NCBI GenBank assembly: GCA_002316215.1
Contig: DCDB01000107.1
Location: forward strand, 1 to 41,357
Source of the DNA: Lachnospiraceae bacterium UBA1066
Lineage (GTDB): Bacteria > Bacillota > Clostridia > Lachnospirales > Lachnospiraceae
Direction of reading: 5' to 3'
DNA: 41,357 nt
In this document: in pieces, positions 30,750 to 39,345 of the stretch
Numbering within the stretch: position 1 is the first letter of the stretch
How the letters are laid out: every line of letters starts with the position of its first letter
Program-made: the position numbers and the translations under genes
The notes under the pieces: generated by a model
What the model was told of the DNA's origin: nothing
Databases searched by the model: none
What the model saw: only the letters and a program-made list of their open reading frames with translations

Positions 30750-31252
30750 GTGAACAACAGTATAAAATGATACATTGCTGGATCAACGGCTGTGAGCGTT
30801 CTGCTATGATAGATGTCCGCGCTTCACTGACCGATATGCTGAGAAATGATTACCGTCTGACCTCTGTGAAAAAAGGCTGTGAGGTGGGGGAATGCGGAGC
30901 CTGCAATGTCATTATCGACGGCGAATGTTTTAATTCCTGCATTTACCTTGCCGTATGGGCAGAAGGGAAACACATTACGACGCTTGAGGGACTCATGGGA
31001 CCGAACGGCGAGCTTTCGGACATTCAGCAGGCATTTGTCGATGAAACAGCAATACAGTGCGGCTTCTGCTCTCCGGGCTTTATTCTTACGGCAGAGGAAA
31101 TCCTCGAAAGAGGCAAAATTTATACGGACGACGAACTGAGAAAGCTCCTGTCCGGCCATCTCTGCCGCTGCACCGGTTACGAGAATATCCTCCGTGCCGT
31201 GAAAAAAACGATGTATGCCCGGAACGGCAAAAAGATGCCGAAGGAACAGTGA
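30746..31252 (+). CDS. xdhC: Xanthine dehydrogenase family 2x[2Fe-2S] subunit
   Basis: GCEVGECGAC...C, QCGFC, CRCTGY. ATGA overlap with xdhB. Confidence 0.9.
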   Translation: MSEQQYKMIHCWINGCERSAMIDVRASLTDMLRNDYRLTSVKKGCEVGECGACNVIIDGECFNSCIYLAVWAEGKHITTLEGLMGPNGELSDIQQAFVDETAIQCGFCSPGFILTAEEILERGKIYTDDELRKLLSGHLCRCTGYENILRAVKKTMYARNGKKMPKEQ

Positions 31253-31303
31253 AATGCAGAATAAGGAAGTTCTTTGCAGGGGCGCAGGGCGTTTTTAAAA
31301 GGG

Positions 31304-31348
31304 TGTAAAGAAGTTTTACTTGACAGCCTGCCGTTTATAAGTTATATT
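31304..31348 (+). promoter_or_regulatory. ylxM-ffh promoter with overlapping inverted repeat
   Basis: TTGACA (31320)-17 nt-TATATT (31343). TGTAAAG-N8-CTTGACA near-palindrome covers the -35. Confidence 0.7.
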
Positions 31349-31355
31349 AATCGTC

Positions 31356-31670
31356 ATGGATAAGCTTTATGAGCAGACGCTGCTTTATGATTTCTACGGC
31401 GAACTGCTGACAGAACATCAAAAGAAAATATTTCAGGAAGTCATTTTTGATGACTGTTCACTGGGTGAAGTGGCAAAGGAACACGGCATCAGCAGGCAGG
31501 GCGTCCATGACATGATAAAAAGAAGCAGCCTGATTCTTGAAGAATATGAAGAAAAGCTCGGGCTGGTGCGTAAATTCCTTGATATTAAAGAAAAAGTAAA
31601 CAGAATTAAAGAGCTGGCGGACGATGAACAAGTCCGCCGCCTTTCAGAAGAAATATTGGAGGAACTCTGA
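31356..31670 (+). CDS. ylxM: YlxM family SRP-associated HTH protein
   Basis: LLYDFYGELLTEHQ, SLGEVA...ISRQGVHD, YEEKLGL; directly upstream of ffh. Confidence 0.93.
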   Translation: MDKLYEQTLLYDFYGELLTEHQKKIFQEVIFDDCSLGEVAKEHGISRQGVHDMIKRSSLILEEYEEKLGLVRKFLDIKEKVNRIKELADDEQVRRLSEEILEEL

Positions 31671-31672
31671 AT

Positions 31673-33019
31673 ATGGCATTTGAAAGCCTGACCGAGAAAC
31701 TGCAGAACGTCTTTAAAAAGCTGCGGTCAAAAGGAAGACTGACGGAAGCGGATGTCCATGAATCCATGAAGGAAGTAAAGATGGCGCTTCTGGAAGCAGA
31801 CGTCAACTTTAAAGTCGTCAAGCAGTTCACGAAGGACGTAGAAGAAAAGTCAGTGGGTTCGGATGTCATGAACGGCCTGAATCCGGGACAGACGGTCATC
31901 AAAATCGTACACGATGAACTGACACGCCTGATGGGCTCCGAAACAACTGAAATCCCGCTTAATACGAATGGGATGACCGTCATCATGATGGCCGGCCTGC
32001 AGGGCGCAGGTAAAACAACAACAGCAGCCAAGCTGGCCGGGAAGTATAAGGCCAAAGGAAAAAGGCCTCTTCTGGCAGCGGCGGATGTCTACCGTCCGGC
32101 AGCAATCAGGCAGCTGGAAGTAAACGGAGAGAAACAGGGCGTTCCTGTATTTTCCATGGGAGACCGTTTAAGCCCCGTGGATATCGCAAAAGCTGCGATT
32201 GCGCATGCAGCTGAAAATAACAATAATATTGTTTTGATCGATACGGCCGGAAGGCTTCAGATCGATGAAGACATGATGAAAGAACTCTGCGATATTAAAG
32301 AGGCCGTCCATGTCGATTCTACGATTCTCGTCGTGGATGCCATGACAGGGCAGGAAGCCGTGAACGTCGCAAAAACATTTTCGGATAAAGTCGGTATCGA
32401 CGGTGTCATCCTTACAAAGTGCGATGGAGACACCAGAGGCGGCGCCGCTCTTTCCATCAAAGCTGTGACAGGAAAGCCTCTTCTCTATGTAGGTATGGGA
32501 GAGAAGCTTTCGGATCTGGAACAGTTCTATCCGGACCGCATGGCCAACAGAATCCTCGGAATGGGGGATGTCATGAGCCTTATTGAGAAAGCCCAGGCCG
32601 GAATTGATGATAAGAAAGCTGCTGAAATGCAGAAAAAGCTGAAAAAAGCATCTTTCGGCTTCGACGATTATCTTGACAGCATGAACCAGATGAAGAATAT
32701 GGGCGGGCTTGAAAGTGTCCTTTCCATGCTTCCGGGCGTCGGCGGAAAAGTGAAGGACATTTCCTCGATGGTAGATGAAAAAGCCATGGGAAAGACGGAA
32801 GCCATTATCCTTTCTATGACTCCGGAAGAAAGGGCTAACCCCGACATCCTCAATGTTTCCCGGAAAAACCGGATAGCAAAAGGCTCTGGCTGCGATATTT
32901 CAGATGTTAACCGGCTGGTCAAACAGTTCGAACAGGCAAAAAAGATGATGAAACAGATGCCGGGTCTTATGAACGGCAAAGGCGTTGGTAAAAAAGGCGG
33001 TTTCAGACTTCCTTTTTAA
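31673..33019 (+). CDS. ffh: Signal recognition particle protein Ffh
   Basis: ALLEADVN, GLQGAGKTT, DTAGR, RILGMGD, Met-rich M domain (SMTPEER). Confidence 0.98.
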   Translation: MAFESLTEKLQNVFKKLRSKGRLTEADVHESMKEVKMALLEADVNFKVVKQFTKDVEEKSVGSDVMNGLNPGQTVIKIVHDELTRLMGSETTEIPLNTNGMTVIMMAGLQGAGKTTTAAKLAGKYKAKGKRPLLAAADVYRPAAIRQLEVNGEKQGVPVFSMGDRLSPVDIAKAAIAHAAENNNNIVLIDTAGRLQIDEDMMKELCDIKEAVHVDSTILVVDAMTGQEAVNVAKTFSDKVGIDGVILTKCDGDTRGGAALSIKAVTGKPLLYVGMGEKLSDLEQFYPDRMANRILGMGDVMSLIEKAQAGIDDKKAAEMQKKLKKASFGFDDYLDSMNQMKNMGGLESVLSMLPGVGGKVKDISSMVDEKAMGKTEAIILSMTPEERANPDILNVSRKNRIAKGSGCDISDVNRLVKQFEQAKKMMKQMPGLMNGKGVGKKGGFRLPF

Positions 33020-33064
33020 CATAAAAATAATTTATAATGATTTATCCAAGGAGGATACAAAAGA

Positions 33065-33307
33065 ATGGTTAAGATCAGGCTGACAAGAATCGGACAGAAA
33101 AAAGCACCTCTGTACAGAGTTATCGTTGCGGATTCCAGGGCACCGAGAGACGGAAGATTTATTGAAGAAATCGGAACTTATGATCCGTCTAAAGATCCGA
33201 GTGAATTCCATATCGATGAAGAAGCTGCTAAGAAATGGCTTGCAAACGGCGCTCAGCCGACTGCTGAAGTCGAAAAGCTTCTTAAGATCATGGGCGTAGT
33301 AAAGTAA
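33065..33307 (+). CDS. rpsP: 30S ribosomal protein S16
   Basis: MVKIRL...[25 protein letters not shown]...GAQPT. Confidence 0.98.
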   Translation: MVKIRLTRIGQKKAPLYRVIVADSRAPRDGRFIEEIGTYDPSKDPSEFHIDEEAAKKWLANGAQPTAEVEKLLKIMGVVK

Positions 33308-33347
33308 GTAAACGGCGGTTTTTTCAGGATAATAACGGAGGTGAATC

Positions 33348-33578
33348 ATGAAAGAGTTAGTGGAAGTGATAGCAAAAGCTCTGGTTGATCATCCCGATGA
33401 AGTTGTCGTTACCGAAAAAGACGACGGGGACTGCCTCGTTGTCGAGCTCAAGGTTGCTGAGACAGATATGGGAAAAGTTATAGGCAGACAGGGACGGATA
33501 GCAAAAGCAATCCGCTCCGTTGTGAAAGCTGCATCAACCAAGTCAGATAAAAAGGTCGTTGTTGACATCGTTCAGTGA
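33348..33578 (+). CDS. khpA: KH-domain RNA-binding protein KhpA (YlqC)
   Basis: DMGKVIGRQGRIAKAIR; between rpsP and rimM. Confidence 0.93.
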   Translation: MKELVEVIAKALVDHPDEVVVTEKDDGDCLVVELKVAETDMGKVIGRQGRIAKAIRSVVKAASTKSDKKVVVDIVQ

Positions 33579-33590
33579 CGGTGAATATTT

Positions 33591-34097
33591 ATGTGCGATA
33601 AACTTGAAGTCGGTTTCATTTCAACCACTCACGGTTTAAAAGGTGAGGTAAAGGCCGTAAATATAACCGATGATGTCAGACGCTTTGAAAAGCTGAAAAG
33701 AATATATATCGGGATCGGCGGTGAGGAGAAAGGTCCTTACGGCGTAGAGTATGTCAAATACTTCAATGGCAGGCCGATCCTGAAACTTAAAGGCCTTGAC
33801 CGTATAGAAGATGTTGAGAAAATGAAAGGCGGAAGACTTCTGATCGAAAGAAAAGATGCCGTAACGCTTAAACAGGGAGAATATTTTATCGGAGACCTTA
33901 TTGGTTACGCCATATATTCTGAAGATGAAAAAAAACTCGGGATCCTGAGCGGAGTCATGAAGACAGGGGCCAATGACGTCTATGAAATGACTGCAGACGA
34001 CGGAAAAGAAACTCTTATACCCGCCATCAGCGACTGTATCATCGGCATCGAACCCGAAAACCGCCGGATGACGGTACGTCTTCTCCCCGAAATATAA
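33591..34097 (+). CDS. rimM: 16S rRNA processing protein RimM
   Basis: THGLKGEVK, EYFIGDLIG, TGANDVY, LIPAI; synteny. Confidence 0.94.
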   Translation: MCDKLEVGFISTTHGLKGEVKAVNITDDVRRFEKLKRIYIGIGGEEKGPYGVEYVKYFNGRPILKLKGLDRIEDVEKMKGGRLLIERKDAVTLKQGEYFIGDLIGYAIYSEDEKKLGILSGVMKTGANDVYEMTADDGKETLIPAISDCIIGIEPENRRMTVRLLPEI

Positions 34098-34121
34098 GCT
34101 TTGAAACTGGAGGAGGTTCTT

Positions 34122-34865
34122 TTGGATTACCACGTATTAACCCTTTTTCCGGATATGATCCTTCAGGGACTGAAGACCAGCATCATCGGAAGAGCCATCG
34201 AAGAGGGAACCATTTCCCTGGATGCCGTCAATATCCGGGATTTTACCATAGATAAGCACGGCAGGACGGATGATTATCCGTATGGCGGCGGAGCCGGAAT
34301 GGTCATGCAGGCACAGCCGATCTATGATGCTTATCAATCCATAAGAAAGAAACTGGACTACGTCCCGCGTGTCATTTACCTGACACCGCAGGGAAGGGTT
34401 TTCAGCCAGCAGGATGCGAAGGAGCTTTCTGTTGAAAAGGGACTTATTTTTTTATGCGGACATTATGAAGGCGTTGATGAAAGGGTTCTCGAAGAAATCG
34501 TGACGGATAATATTTCGATCGGCGATTTTGTCGTAACAGGCGGGGAACTCCCCGCAATGATTATGATTGATGCCATTTCCAGGATGATTCCCGGGGTTCT
34601 TCATAACGGAGAATCCGCAGAAGATGATTCGTTCGGTGACGGGCTTCTGGAATTCCCGCAGTATTCGCGGCCGGAGATATGGAACGGAAAACAGGTTCCG
34701 ATGATATTATTGTCCGGCGACCATGCCAAAGTCGATGCCTGGCGCAGGGAGCAGTCGCTTCTTAGAACCGCGATGCGACGTCCGGATCTTTTGTCTTCGG
34801 CGCAGATCAGTCCCGCTGAAAAAATCTATATTGAAAAAATTCTTGCAAAGAAAAATGACCTATAG
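34122..34865 (+). CDS. trmD: tRNA (guanine37-N1)-methyltransferase
   Basis: DDYPYGGGAGM, CGHYEGVDERV, SIGDFVVTGGE, LLSGDHA. Start set to TTG 34122 after GGAGG. Confidence 0.96.
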   Translation: MDYHVLTLFPDMILQGLKTSIIGRAIEEGTISLDAVNIRDFTIDKHGRTDDYPYGGGAGMVMQAQPIYDAYQSIRKKLDYVPRVIYLTPQGRVFSQQDAKELSVEKGLIFLCGHYEGVDERVLEEIVTDNISIGDFVVTGGELPAMIMIDAISRMIPGVLHNGESAEDDSFGDGLLEFPQYSRPEIWNGKQVPMILLSGDHAKVDAWRREQSLLRTAMRRPDLLSSAQISPAEKIYIEKILAKKNDL

Positions 34866-34871
34866 TATAAT
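34843..34871 (+). promoter_or_regulatory. Internal promoter for rplS overlapping the trmD 3' end
   Basis: TTGCAA-17 nt-TATAAT. Confidence 0.7.
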
Positions 34872-34892
34872 ATTTTACGTTGCGAAAAAAGA

Positions 34893-34929
34893 AGATGGTC
34901 CTCTGTTACCCTGTGTATTACGAACATCC
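34893..34929 (+). ncRNA. Ribosomal protein L19 leader (cis-regulatory RNA) candidate
   Basis: GATGGTCCTCTG...ACGAACATC hairpin just upstream of the rplS SD, resembling from memory the Firmicute L19 leader (GAUGUUCCGCUG...GAGCAUC). Confidence 0.65.
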
Positions 34930-34950
34930 CGTTAAAAGGAGAAAGATAAA

Positions 34951-35298
34951 ATGAATGAAATTATCAAAAAGATCGAAGATGCGGAACTGAAAAAAGAGGT
35001 TCCGGAATTCCGTGAAGGCGATACCGTTCGTGTCCATGGGAAGATTAAAGAAGGAAACCGCGAAAGAATCCAGATTTTTGAAGGCGTTGTCCTTAAGAAG
35101 CAGGGCGGCGGAGACCGTGCCACCTTTACGGTCCGCAAGTCTTCAAGCGGTGTCGGAGTTGAAAAAACCTGGCCCCTTCATTCACCCAATGTTGCCGATG
35201 TTGAAGTTGTCCGCAAAGGCAAGGTAAGAAGGGCAAAGCTCACATATTTAAGAAAACGTTCCGGAAAGAGCGCAAAGATCAAGGAAGTAATAAAATAA
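34951..35298 (+). CDS. rplS: 50S ribosomal protein L19
   Basis: [38 protein letters not shown]. Confidence 0.98.
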   Translation: MNEIIKKIEDAELKKEVPEFREGDTVRVHGKIKEGNRERIQIFEGVVLKKQGGGDRATFTVRKSSSGVGVEKTWPLHSPNVADVEVVRKGKVRRAKLTYLRKRSGKSAKIKEVIK

Positions 35299-35308
35299 AC
35301 GACGTAAG

Positions 35309-35345
35309 AAAGGACAAATACATTGAATGTATCTTGTCCTTTTTT
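35309..35345 (+). terminator. Intrinsic terminator after rplS
   Basis: AAGGACAA-ATACAT-TGA-ATGTAT-C-TTGTCCTT then a T run. Confidence 0.82.
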
Positions 35346-35361
35346 GTAAAGGGATAAACTA

Positions 35362-35940
35362 GTGAAGGTTAAAGTTGAGCAGAAGCCGGTAAAACAGAGC
35401 TTCTGGTATCATAAGAATACAAAAAGCGTCACCGTGTGGGTCGTTGAGATCCTGCTTGTACTTGCGCTGGCCGCAGGTGTTTCATTTGCCTTCGGGACAT
35501 CCGTGACAATACAGGAAGGCTCCATGGATCCGACGCTGCAGGCAGGCGACAGCGCGCTGATCAATAAGATTGCGTATGCCTTCGGAGGAATCGGAAGGGG
35601 AGATCTGATTGCCTATAAAAATCCCGATCAGACGGATGCTTCGATTCATGTAAAACGCGTTATCGGACTTCCGGGCGAGAGCATCCAGATAAAAGACGGC
35701 CTTATCCTGATTAACGGGAAAACCTATATAGAAGACAAGGAGCTCCCTGGAATCAACAATGCCGGACTTGCAGAAAACGGGATAAAGCTTGGAAGCAATG
35801 AATATTTTGTCCTTGGTGATAATCGCAACAACAGCGAAGACAGCCGTTTTGCTGACGTTGGAAATATTTCCCGCGTTTCGATAATCGGAAAAGTCTGGTT
35901 TATAACTTCACCTTTAAGTGAATTTGGTTTTGTAAATTAG
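35362..35940 (+). CDS. lepB: Signal peptidase I
   Basis: One TM, catalytic Ser (GSMDPTL) and Lys (VKRVIGLPG), GDNRNNSEDSR. Confidence 0.93.
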   Translation: MKVKVEQKPVKQSFWYHKNTKSVTVWVVEILLVLALAAGVSFAFGTSVTIQEGSMDPTLQAGDSALINKIAYAFGGIGRGDLIAYKNPDQTDASIHVKRVIGLPGESIQIKDGLILINGKTYIEDKELPGINNAGLAENGIKLGSNEYFVLGDNRNNSEDSRFADVGNISRVSIIGKVWFITSPLSEFGFVN

Positions 35941-35949
35941 GAGGTTCTT

Positions 35950-36885
35950 TTGGATATTCAATGGTATCCCGGGCACATGACCAAATCGATCCGCATAATG
36001 CAGGAGGATATCCGTCTTGTTGATCTCGTAATTGAACTGGTCGATGCCCGTATTCCTCTTTCAAGCAGGAACCCTGATATTGACAGGCTGGCAGGAACAA
36101 AAAGCCGGCTGCTGATCCTTAATAAATCCGATCTGTCCGATGAAAATTGCTGCAGGCTCTGGATTTCTTATTTTAAAGGTCTTTCAATTAATGCTATCCT
36201 GCTTGATTCCAGGAAAACAGGAAATAAAAAGAGACTTCTTTCTGCTATGCAGTCGGCATGCAGCGAGCGGATTCAACGCGACCGTGAACGCGGAATGAAG
36301 GAGCGCCCGATCCGTGCCATGGTTGCCGGTATTCCGAACGTCGGGAAATCGACCTTCATCAATTCATTTTCCGGAAAAGCCATGGCTAAGACCGGGAATA
36401 AACCCGGAGTCACAAAAGGAAAGCAGTGGATACACCTTGAGGGTGTGGATCTTCTGGATACACCAGGACTGCTCTGGCCAAAGTTTGATGATCCGGAGAT
36501 TGGTCTTAAGCTTGCGCTCATAGGCGCGATCAACGATGAAATCCTGAGCGAGGAGACTTTGGCACTTCAGCTTATCAGAAAGATTATGGTGTTATACCCG
36601 GAGGCTCTTGAAAAACGATACAGTATCTCAGAGGCTGAAGTTCCCGAAACGCTTCTGGCTGGTATTGGGAAGAAAAGAGGCTGCCTTGTAAAAGGCGGAG
36701 AAATTGATCTTTCCCGTACATCGGACATTCTTCTTGACGATTTCAGGCAGGGGCGGCTGGGAAGAATCTCCCTGGAAGTACCCGCGGATTTTACTTTGGG
36801 AGCACGGAAGGGCTATATGAATGAAGCTGCGGCTCAGCCGGACAGCGCCGACTCTTCTACAGAACAAAAGAGCAGTGACAATTAA
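35950..36885 (+). CDS. ylqF: Ribosome biogenesis GTPase YlqF/RbgA
   Basis: IQWYPGHM, DARIP, LNKSDL, GIPNVGKST, DTPG. C-terminal tail comes from the adjoining repeat. Confidence 0.96.
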   Translation: MDIQWYPGHMTKSIRIMQEDIRLVDLVIELVDARIPLSSRNPDIDRLAGTKSRLLILNKSDLSDENCCRLWISYFKGLSINAILLDSRKTGNKKRLLSAMQSACSERIQRDRERGMKERPIRAMVAGIPNVGKSTFINSFSGKAMAKTGNKPGVTKGKQWIHLEGVDLLDTPGLLWPKFDDPEIGLKLALIGAINDEILSEETLALQLIRKIMVLYPEALEKRYSISEAEVPETLLAGIGKKRGCLVKGGEIDLSRTSDILLDDFRQGRLGRISLEVPADFTLGARKGYMNEAAAQPDSADSSTEQKSSDN

Positions 36886-37011
36886 TCTTCGGCTCAGCCC
36901 GGACAGCGCCGACTCTTCTGCAGCACAAAAGAACAGTGACAATTAATCTTCGGCAAAGCCCGGACAGCGCCGACTCTTCTGCAGCACAAAAGAACAGTGA
37001 CAATTAATCTT
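36830..37011 (+). repeat. 60-61 bp tandem repeat, 3 units
   Basis: Units at 36830, 36890, 36951 (CGGCTCAGCCCGGACAGCGCCGACTCTTCTGCAGCACAAAAGAACAGTGACAATTAATCTT). Unit 1 includes the ylqF stop. Confidence 0.95.
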
Positions 37012-37132
37012 TGGCAAATCCGGCAGGACGAACGGGCTGTAAACCGGACCGTGCCGCAGACACAAGCTGCATCATAAAAATACAGTCTCACGGAAGCGGC
37101 ATTAAAGAAAAAAGCAACAGGCGGATACGGAA

Positions 37133-37810
37133 ATGACGGATAAACAGCTGGCGAAGCAAAAGGAAAAAGAAGCGCGGGAAAAAGCAAAGCTTGATAAAGA
37201 GCTGGAACGCACGGAAAAACTCATGTTTTATGAGCGAAAATACGCTGAAAAAGCTCCCCTGTGCGGAATCGATGAGGTGGGACGGGGTCCTCTTGCAGGG
37301 CCTGTCGTAGCCTGTGCACTTATTCTGCCGACAGATCATAATATCCTCTATATTAATGATTCCAAGAAACTTACCGCTAATAAAAGAGAAGAATTATATG
37401 AAATCCTGACAGAAGAGGCTGTAGCTTTCGGCATCGGCATGGTTACGCCTATGCGAATTGACGAAATAAATATTCTTCAGGCCACCTATGAAGCCATGAG
37501 AGAGGCCATTTCGAAGCTTACTGTCCGTCCGGGGCTTCTTTTAAATGATGCGGTACATATCCCGCAGGTCGAGATCCCACAGGTTTCCATAGTCGGCGGC
37601 GACGGAAAAAGTGTTTCCATAGGTGCAGCCAGCATCGTTGCTAAAGTGACCAGGGATCGTATGATGGAAGAATATGAACGTATGTTTCCGGGTTACGGTT
37701 TTGCCCGGAACAAGGGCTACGGAACAGCAGATCATATTGCGGCTTTGAAAAGCTTAGGCCCCTGTCCGATACATCGCAGGACATTTATCACACATTTTGT
37801 AAATGGGTAG
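37133..37810 (+). CDS. rnhB: Ribonuclease HII
   Basis: GIDEVGRGPLAGPV, DSKKL, AASIVAKVTRD, NKGYGT, IHRRTF. Confidence 0.96.
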   Translation: MTDKQLAKQKEKEAREKAKLDKELERTEKLMFYERKYAEKAPLCGIDEVGRGPLAGPVVACALILPTDHNILYINDSKKLTANKREELYEILTEEAVAFGIGMVTPMRIDEINILQATYEAMREAISKLTVRPGLLLNDAVHIPQVEIPQVSIVGGDGKSVSIGAASIVAKVTRDRMMEEYERMFPGYGFARNKGYGTADHIAALKSLGPCPIHRRTFITHFVNG

Positions 37811-37825
37811 TTTTACCGGAATAAT

Positions 37826-37949
37826 ATTTTGCAGCGCCAGATTTATGAGGGATGATACTTTGCAGCGTCAGATTTATGAGGGACGATATTTTGCAGCGCC
37901 AGATTTATGAGAGACGACATTTTGCAGCGCCAGATTTATGAGGGATAAA
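37826..37949 (+). repeat. 31-bp tandem repeat, 4 units
   Basis: Units at 37826, 37857, 37888, 37919 (ATTTTGCAGCGCCAGATTTATGAGGGAYGAT). Confidence 0.95.
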
Positions 37950-37951
37950 GT

Positions 37952-38308
37952 TTGAATAAACGGGCTGTAGGCAGCGGCCGTGAGGCAGAAGCTGCCGATT
38001 TTCTTAAGAATCGGGGATTTGAAATTGCAGAAATGAACTTCCGGTGCCGGATCGGTGAAATCGACATCATTGCAAAAGACGGGAAATATCTGGTCTTTGT
38101 CGAGGTAAAGTACCGTGCTTCAGCGGCAAAAGGCAGCCCACTTGAAGCCGTCGGCTTCAGGAAACAGTGGACAATATCACGAGTTGCATCATATTACTTA
38201 CTGAAAAACCATCTGCCTGAGACTACAGCCTGCCGTTTCGATGTCGTCGGCATGACGCCCACGGAAACGGTACTTCTTAAGAATGCTTTCAATTTTATTC
38301 CTTATTAA
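37952..38308 (+). CDS. yraN: YraN family (UPF0102) putative endonuclease
   Basis: NFRCRIGEIDIIA, LVFVEVKYR, CRFDVV; follows rnhB. Confidence 0.92.
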   Translation: MNKRAVGSGREAEAADFLKNRGFEIAEMNFRCRIGEIDIIAKDGKYLVFVEVKYRASAAKGSPLEAVGFRKQWTISRVASYYLLKNHLPETTACRFDVVGMTPTETVLLKNAFNFIPY

Positions 38309-38351
38309 CATGGTTCAGGTGCAAAAGTGTTTTTGAGCCTGTGCCAAAAAA

Positions 38352-38390
38352 GCTTCGTCGTTTCGCGATTACTGCGATTTTTACAATATT
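38352..38390 (+). repeat. Decayed copy of the internal hairpin of the terminal element
   Basis: GCTTCGTCGTTTCGCGATTACTGCGATTTTTACAATATT vs 41211-41249: 28 of 39 identical without gaps, mostly transitions. Confidence 0.6.
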
Positions 38391-38426
38391 TTATATTCAA
38401 ACAAATATGAAAGGCGGTTTACAGAC

Positions 38427-39260
38427 TTGGATATAAAGTGGCATGATGAACATGAAGAAAAGCCGATACTGCACAGAAAAGACAGTGTGTTATGGCTTTC
38501 TTTCCCGTTGCTGGACCGCGAAAACTGGCTCACGGATGCTTTCTCAACCAGATTCGGAGGGGTAAGCCGGGGCTGTCTTTCTTCCATGAATCTCTCATTT
38601 GCAAGAGAACCGTCAAACGGGAATGTCCTGAAGAATTTCCGGATCCTTTCCGATGCTGTCGGTTTTTCATCCGACAATATCATCTCCACGCACCAGACGC
38701 ATACGGCAAATGTACGGCATGTCGGAGCTGCAGACCGCGGTTCGGGAATCTCAAAGCCCCTGCCATGGAAAAATGTGGACGGACTTATTACAGATGAGCC
38801 GGACTGCGTCCTTTCCGTTTTTTCGGCAGACTGCGTTCCTCTTTTCTTTGCGGATCCTGTACGTCATGCCATCGGGCTTTCTCACTCAGGATGGCGCGGA
38901 ACTGCCGGACGCATAGGCTCTGTCACCGTTAAGGCAATGGAAAAGGACTTTGGAACAAACCCAAAGGATCTTCTTGCTGTCATCGGGCCTTCGATCTGTA
39001 TGGAATCGTATGAGGTAGGAGAGGAAACCGCACAATTTTTTGATGGCCGTTTTCTCAGGAAAAAGGAAAATGGAAAATATCTGCTGGATCTGTGGGGCGC
39101 CAACCGTTCCGTTCTTATAGAAGCCGGGATTCCTGAGGAAAATATCGAAATGCCGAATCTCTGTACCGCGTGCAATCCCGATTTTCTGTTTTCACATCGT
39201 GCTTCGCACGGACAGCGCGGCAACATGGGCTCCTTTTTAAGTATCCGGTCTAAATATTAG
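38427..39260 (+). CDS. pgeF: PgeF/YfiH (LACC1-like) family protein
   Basis: FSTRFGGVS, QTH, DGLIT, SADCVP, HSGWRGT, IGPSIC, FSHR. Confidence 0.92.
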   Translation: MDIKWHDEHEEKPILHRKDSVLWLSFPLLDRENWLTDAFSTRFGGVSRGCLSSMNLSFAREPSNGNVLKNFRILSDAVGFSSDNIISTHQTHTANVRHVGAADRGSGISKPLPWKNVDGLITDEPDCVLSVFSADCVPLFFADPVRHAIGLSHSGWRGTAGRIGSVTVKAMEKDFGTNPKDLLAVIGPSICMESYEVGEETAQFFDGRFLRKKENGKYLLDLWGANRSVLIEAGIPEENIEMPNLCTACNPDFLFSHRASHGQRGNMGSFLSIRSKY

Positions 39261-39345
39261 CAGACGTCCTGCTCAGGAGGCCCGCCCATCTGTCTTCTGA
39301 GCCGTAAGACTGTGCCGCCCATGCCTCTTGGGGCCGGAGACCATA

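Noticed and set aside
36830-37949. CRISPR reading of the 61-bp and 31-bp arrays
   Set aside because: Units are head-to-tail with no unique spacers.
39271-39302. Hairpin GCTCAGGAGGC/GTCTTCTGAGC between convergent pgeF and rqcH as a terminator
   Set aside because: The stem is plausible but there is no U-tract on either side, so it was not called.
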